NCBI GenBank assembly: GCA_003135135.1 | Contig: PLDK01000025.1 | Coordinates: forward strand, 106,376-170,375 | Origin: Deltaproteobacteria bacterium | GTDB taxonomy: Bacteria; Desulfobacterota; Binatia; Binatales; Binataceae | DNA: 64,000 nt | Direction of reading: 5' to 3' | Part shown: positions 62,401 through 64,000 of the stretch, in pieces | Position numbering within the stretch: position 1 is the stretch's first letter | Layout of the letters: each line of letters begins with the position of its first letter | Position numbers and translations under genes: made by a program | Notes under the pieces: generated by a model | Database searches by the model: none | What the model saw: only the letters and a program-made list of their open reading frames with translations | What the model was told of the DNA's origin: nothing

Positions 62401-64000
62401 CGGCGGATTAATCGCTATTTCCTTCGTGATCCTGTGGATGCTGTCGCCGGCCGTCGCGCGATGGGCAAGCCTTCCGCCGCGAATCGAGGGCACCAAGCCG
62501 CTCTCGCTCGCCGACACGAAGGCGCTTCGACTGAGCGCGCGGCGCACGTGGCGTTTTTTCGAGAAGTTCGTGACGGCGGAAGACAACATGCTGCCGCCCG
62601 ACAATTTTCAGGAAGACCCCAAGCCCGTGCTGGCTCATCGGACTTCGCCCACCAACCTTGGACTGTATCTGCTCTCGGTCATCGCGGCTCACGATTTCGG
62701 CTGGATCGGAACCCATGAAGCCGTCGACCGGCTGGGCACGACGCTCGACACGATGAAGCGCCTGGAGCAGTTCCGCGGGCATTTCTACAACTGGTACGCC
62801 ACGCGCGATCTGCGGCCGCTGGACCCAAGGTACGTATCGTCGGTGGACAGCGGCAATCTCGCGGGGCATCTGATCGCGCTGGGCAACGCATGCCGCGAGA
62901 TAATCGCGCGGCCGGTTGTGGGCAGGCAATGGCTCAAGGGAATCGAAGACTCGATCGCACTCGTTCGCGAGGCGCTTGGCCCGCTGGCCGCCGACCGGCG
63001 AAGCCTCACTGTCACTCCAAAGCAGCTCGAGGAAGCGCTCGACGCCATGGCGCCGCTTATCCTGTCGGAACCGCAATCCGTGGTGGAACTCACCGCGTGG
63101 CTGGCGGAACTCGAGATTCAGAGCGATTCGATCAGTGACATTGCGCGCGCGTTGACCTTGGAGCGCGCCGACTCCGCCGCCGCCGACGTGCTCGCATGGG
63201 CTGAAGCACTCCGAGCATCCATCCGCAGTCATCGACGCGACGTCGAATTGCTCAAGCCGTGGCCAACTCGCGGTGCTCACGACGCGACTTTCGACGATCC
63301 CGCATCCCAACTCCATTCGATACCGGCTTTGGGCGATCTGCCGGACCTGTACGATGAGGCGATCGGCGGCCTGAAGCGCCGGATCGACGAGCGCCCGGCT
63401 GATGCCGGCGCCGGCGCGATTGGCGCCGTGCCGGGATCAGCCGACCCGGCGCTCGATGCGCTTGCCAACGCCCGCGATTCGGCCAAATCGCTCGAGCGGC
63501 GACTGACCGGCATGGCCGCAACCGCGGGCAAGATGCTCGACGCGATGAAGTTCGACTTCCTGTTCGATCCCGCGCGCCAACTGCTGTCGATTGGCTACCG
63601 GGTCACGGACGGGAGCCTCGATCCCAACTGCTACGACTTGCTTGCTTCCGAGGCGCGGCTGGCGAGTTTTGTCGCAATCGCAAAGGGGGAAGTACCCGTC
63701 AAGCACTGGTTTCGGCTGGGGCGCGCCATGACACCGGTCGATCGCGGCTCGGCGTTGATTTCGTGGTCGGGATCGATGTTCGAGTACCTGATGCCGTCGC
63801 TGGTGATGCGCGCGCCGCCCGGGAGCCTGCTCGAGCAAACCAGTCGGCTGATTGTTCGCCGGCAGATGAAGTACGGCGCCGAGCTTGGAATGCCGTGGGG
63901 TATCTCGGAATCCGCGTACAACGCGCGCGACCTCGAGCTCACCTATCAGTACTCGAATTTCGGGGTGCCCGGACTCGGGCTGAAGCGCGGGCTTAGCGAG
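59468..64000 (+). CDS. Cyclic beta-1,2-glucan synthase (NdvB/Cgs-like, GT84 + downstream domains), 5' 4.5 kb only
   Basis: Absent from the track because there is no stop before the window end. I translated three stretches of the frame containing 59468: the 5' end (PIRAELFSVERLEQHGETLA, EWLVDNFHVVEEQIREIRDDLP); about 60.6-61.9 kb (VMPTLLTTRDEIDEQIERLEVHYL, YVITVDADTRIP, LQPRI, GKGIYDVDMF, LSHDLFEG, QHRWARGDWQL); and the last 40 nt (FGVPGLGLKRGLSE). The first canonical start after the in-frame TAG at 59411 is TTG 59468. The rest of the frame is inferred open because no plus-strand track ORF in this region lies in it. Confidence 0.88.
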   Translation, partial: MNFVFFRAPKKPAASFAHIDEPIRAELFSVERLEQHGETLAVAQRVTAYPGRGRPMAARVRDNARVLLAAYRGIAAAIREERAITPGAEWLVDNFHVVEEQIREIRDDLPRGFYRQLPKLADGPLEGYPRVFGIAWAYVAHTDSHFDPQTLAKFVQAYQRVQPLTIGELWAVAITLRIVLVENLRRLAEQMGHSRAERRHADLLANRLLGSNGRDAEPVEAVFKDLDKSPLSAAFAVEMVQRLRDQDPKVTPALRWLDQRLLAQGTTADEIVRQVHQGQGAMNVTVRNVITSMRLMSAVDWADFFESVSAVDAVLRAASDFAAMDFATRDRYRHAIEELARGSGHTEIEVAQSAIDSARGAASEVPNGDGARARREHHPGYYLISEGRHSLEAQLGFRAPVRDWVARANAAAGIAGYLGTIAVVTTIIVAGAMLAIADAQIGEWTRLILAMLAIIPATDAAVAIVNRGVTTFIGPAIIPALELHDGVPPSLRTMVVMPTLLTTRDEIDEQIERLEVHYLASSDGELYFAILSDWTDSATETAPGDDDLLGAATAGIARLNQRHGPGPGGKRFLLLHRRRIWDEAEGVWMGWERKRGKLHELNRLLRGATDTTFIASDRHPPAVPDGVRYVITVDADTRIPRGAAKRMVGKMAHPLNAPRFDKQSGRVVEGHAVLQPRITAALPTRREGSVFQRVFSSTRGMDPYAFAVSDVYQDLLDEGSYSGKGIYDVDMFEDAMAGRVPDNTLLSHDLFEGTFARSGLVSDIELVEEFPSRYDVAAARQHRWARGDWQLIPWILGHGSSAAAASTAPRDARSSIPPLGRWKMIDNLRRTLSAPTLLLALMAGWRLPESAALIWTGFIVATIATAPMLPFLTGIIPRRRDISKRSHIRAVVTDLAVGLAQLAMMLTLLAHQAWLMSDAISRTLYRLYVSHRLMLEWTTAAQAKRTSRLDVRGFYAMMAGGAVLGAAAAIFVALAGRGGGLIAISFVILWMLSPAVARWASLPPRIEGTKPLSLADTKALRLSARRTWRFFEKFVTAEDNMLPPDNFQEDPKPVLAHRTSPTNLGLYLLSVIAAHDFGWIGTHEAVDRLGTTLDTMKRLEQFRGHFYNWYATRDLRPLDPRYVSSVDSGNLAGHLIALGNACREIIARPVVGRQWLKGIEDSIALVREALGPLAADRRSLTVTPKQLEEALDAMAPLILSEPQSVVELTAWLAELEIQSDSISDIARALTLERADSAAADVLAWAEALRASIRSHRRDVELLKPWPTRGAHDATFDDPASQLHSIPALGDLPDLYDEAIGGLKRRIDERPADAGAGAIGAVPGSADPALDALANARDSAKSLERRLTGMAATAGKMLDAMKFDFLFDPARQLLSIGYRVTDGSLDPNCYDLLASEARLASFVAIAKGEVPVKHWFRLGRAMTPVDRGSALISWSGSMFEYLMPSLVMRAPPGSLLEQTSRLIVRRQMKYGAELGMPWGISESAYNARDLELTYQYSNFGVPGLGLKRGLSE

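Overview
This is a GC-rich, Gram-negative-type chromosomal segment (Lnt, beta-barrel OMP and TlpA/Sco are present). All calls come from reading the ORF track and the raw sequence; no database search was run. Bases 1-41,500 are mostly housekeeping. They hold a P4-like integrase fragment next to ssrA (tmRNA, tag ADNNGYALAA) and smpB, then a LemA/M48 protease pair and Hsp20. Next come a GH-GT2 fusion with a coupled ABC exporter, coaE, a penicillin-acylase-family gene, and prfB with its +1 frameshift site. These are followed by the phoH-ybeY-X-lnt operon, alaS, recA, thpR, a DUF1800/DUF1501 pair, dciA (DUF721) and class II RNR nrdJ. From about 41.8 kb the sequence looks less GC-rich by eye and more accessory. 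The best candidate for an undescribed system is a tightly packed six-gene minus-strand operon at 41,990-45,936. It encodes a ZIP transporter, a small anchored protein, a beta-barrel whose mature N-terminus is CACGCG, TlpA, Sco, and an orphan COX2-type cupredoxin. That cupredoxin keeps CuA ligand spacing but has His replaced by Thr plus two extra Cys, and no oxidase subunit I lies in the window. An exported MsrA is divergent from this operon. Downstream are a B12-radical SAM enzyme, HdeD, Hpt, RluA, a membrane-anchored TPR protein, two permeases, a long pyruvate-kinase-like protein, and the 5' 4.5 kb of a cyclic beta-1,2-glucan synthase gene that runs off the window. Two intergenic repeat families are visible. 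One is a modular multi-hairpin mosaic element with four copies, two of which flank a DUF445 gene. The other is a 67-nt element with two copies; it shows a compensatory stem change, and one copy is bracketed by 17-bp direct repeats. Two genes (Hsp20, DUF1501) have conserved N-terminal parts encoded out of frame. Many long antisense ORFs in the track are GC-rich shadow ORFs and were rejected.
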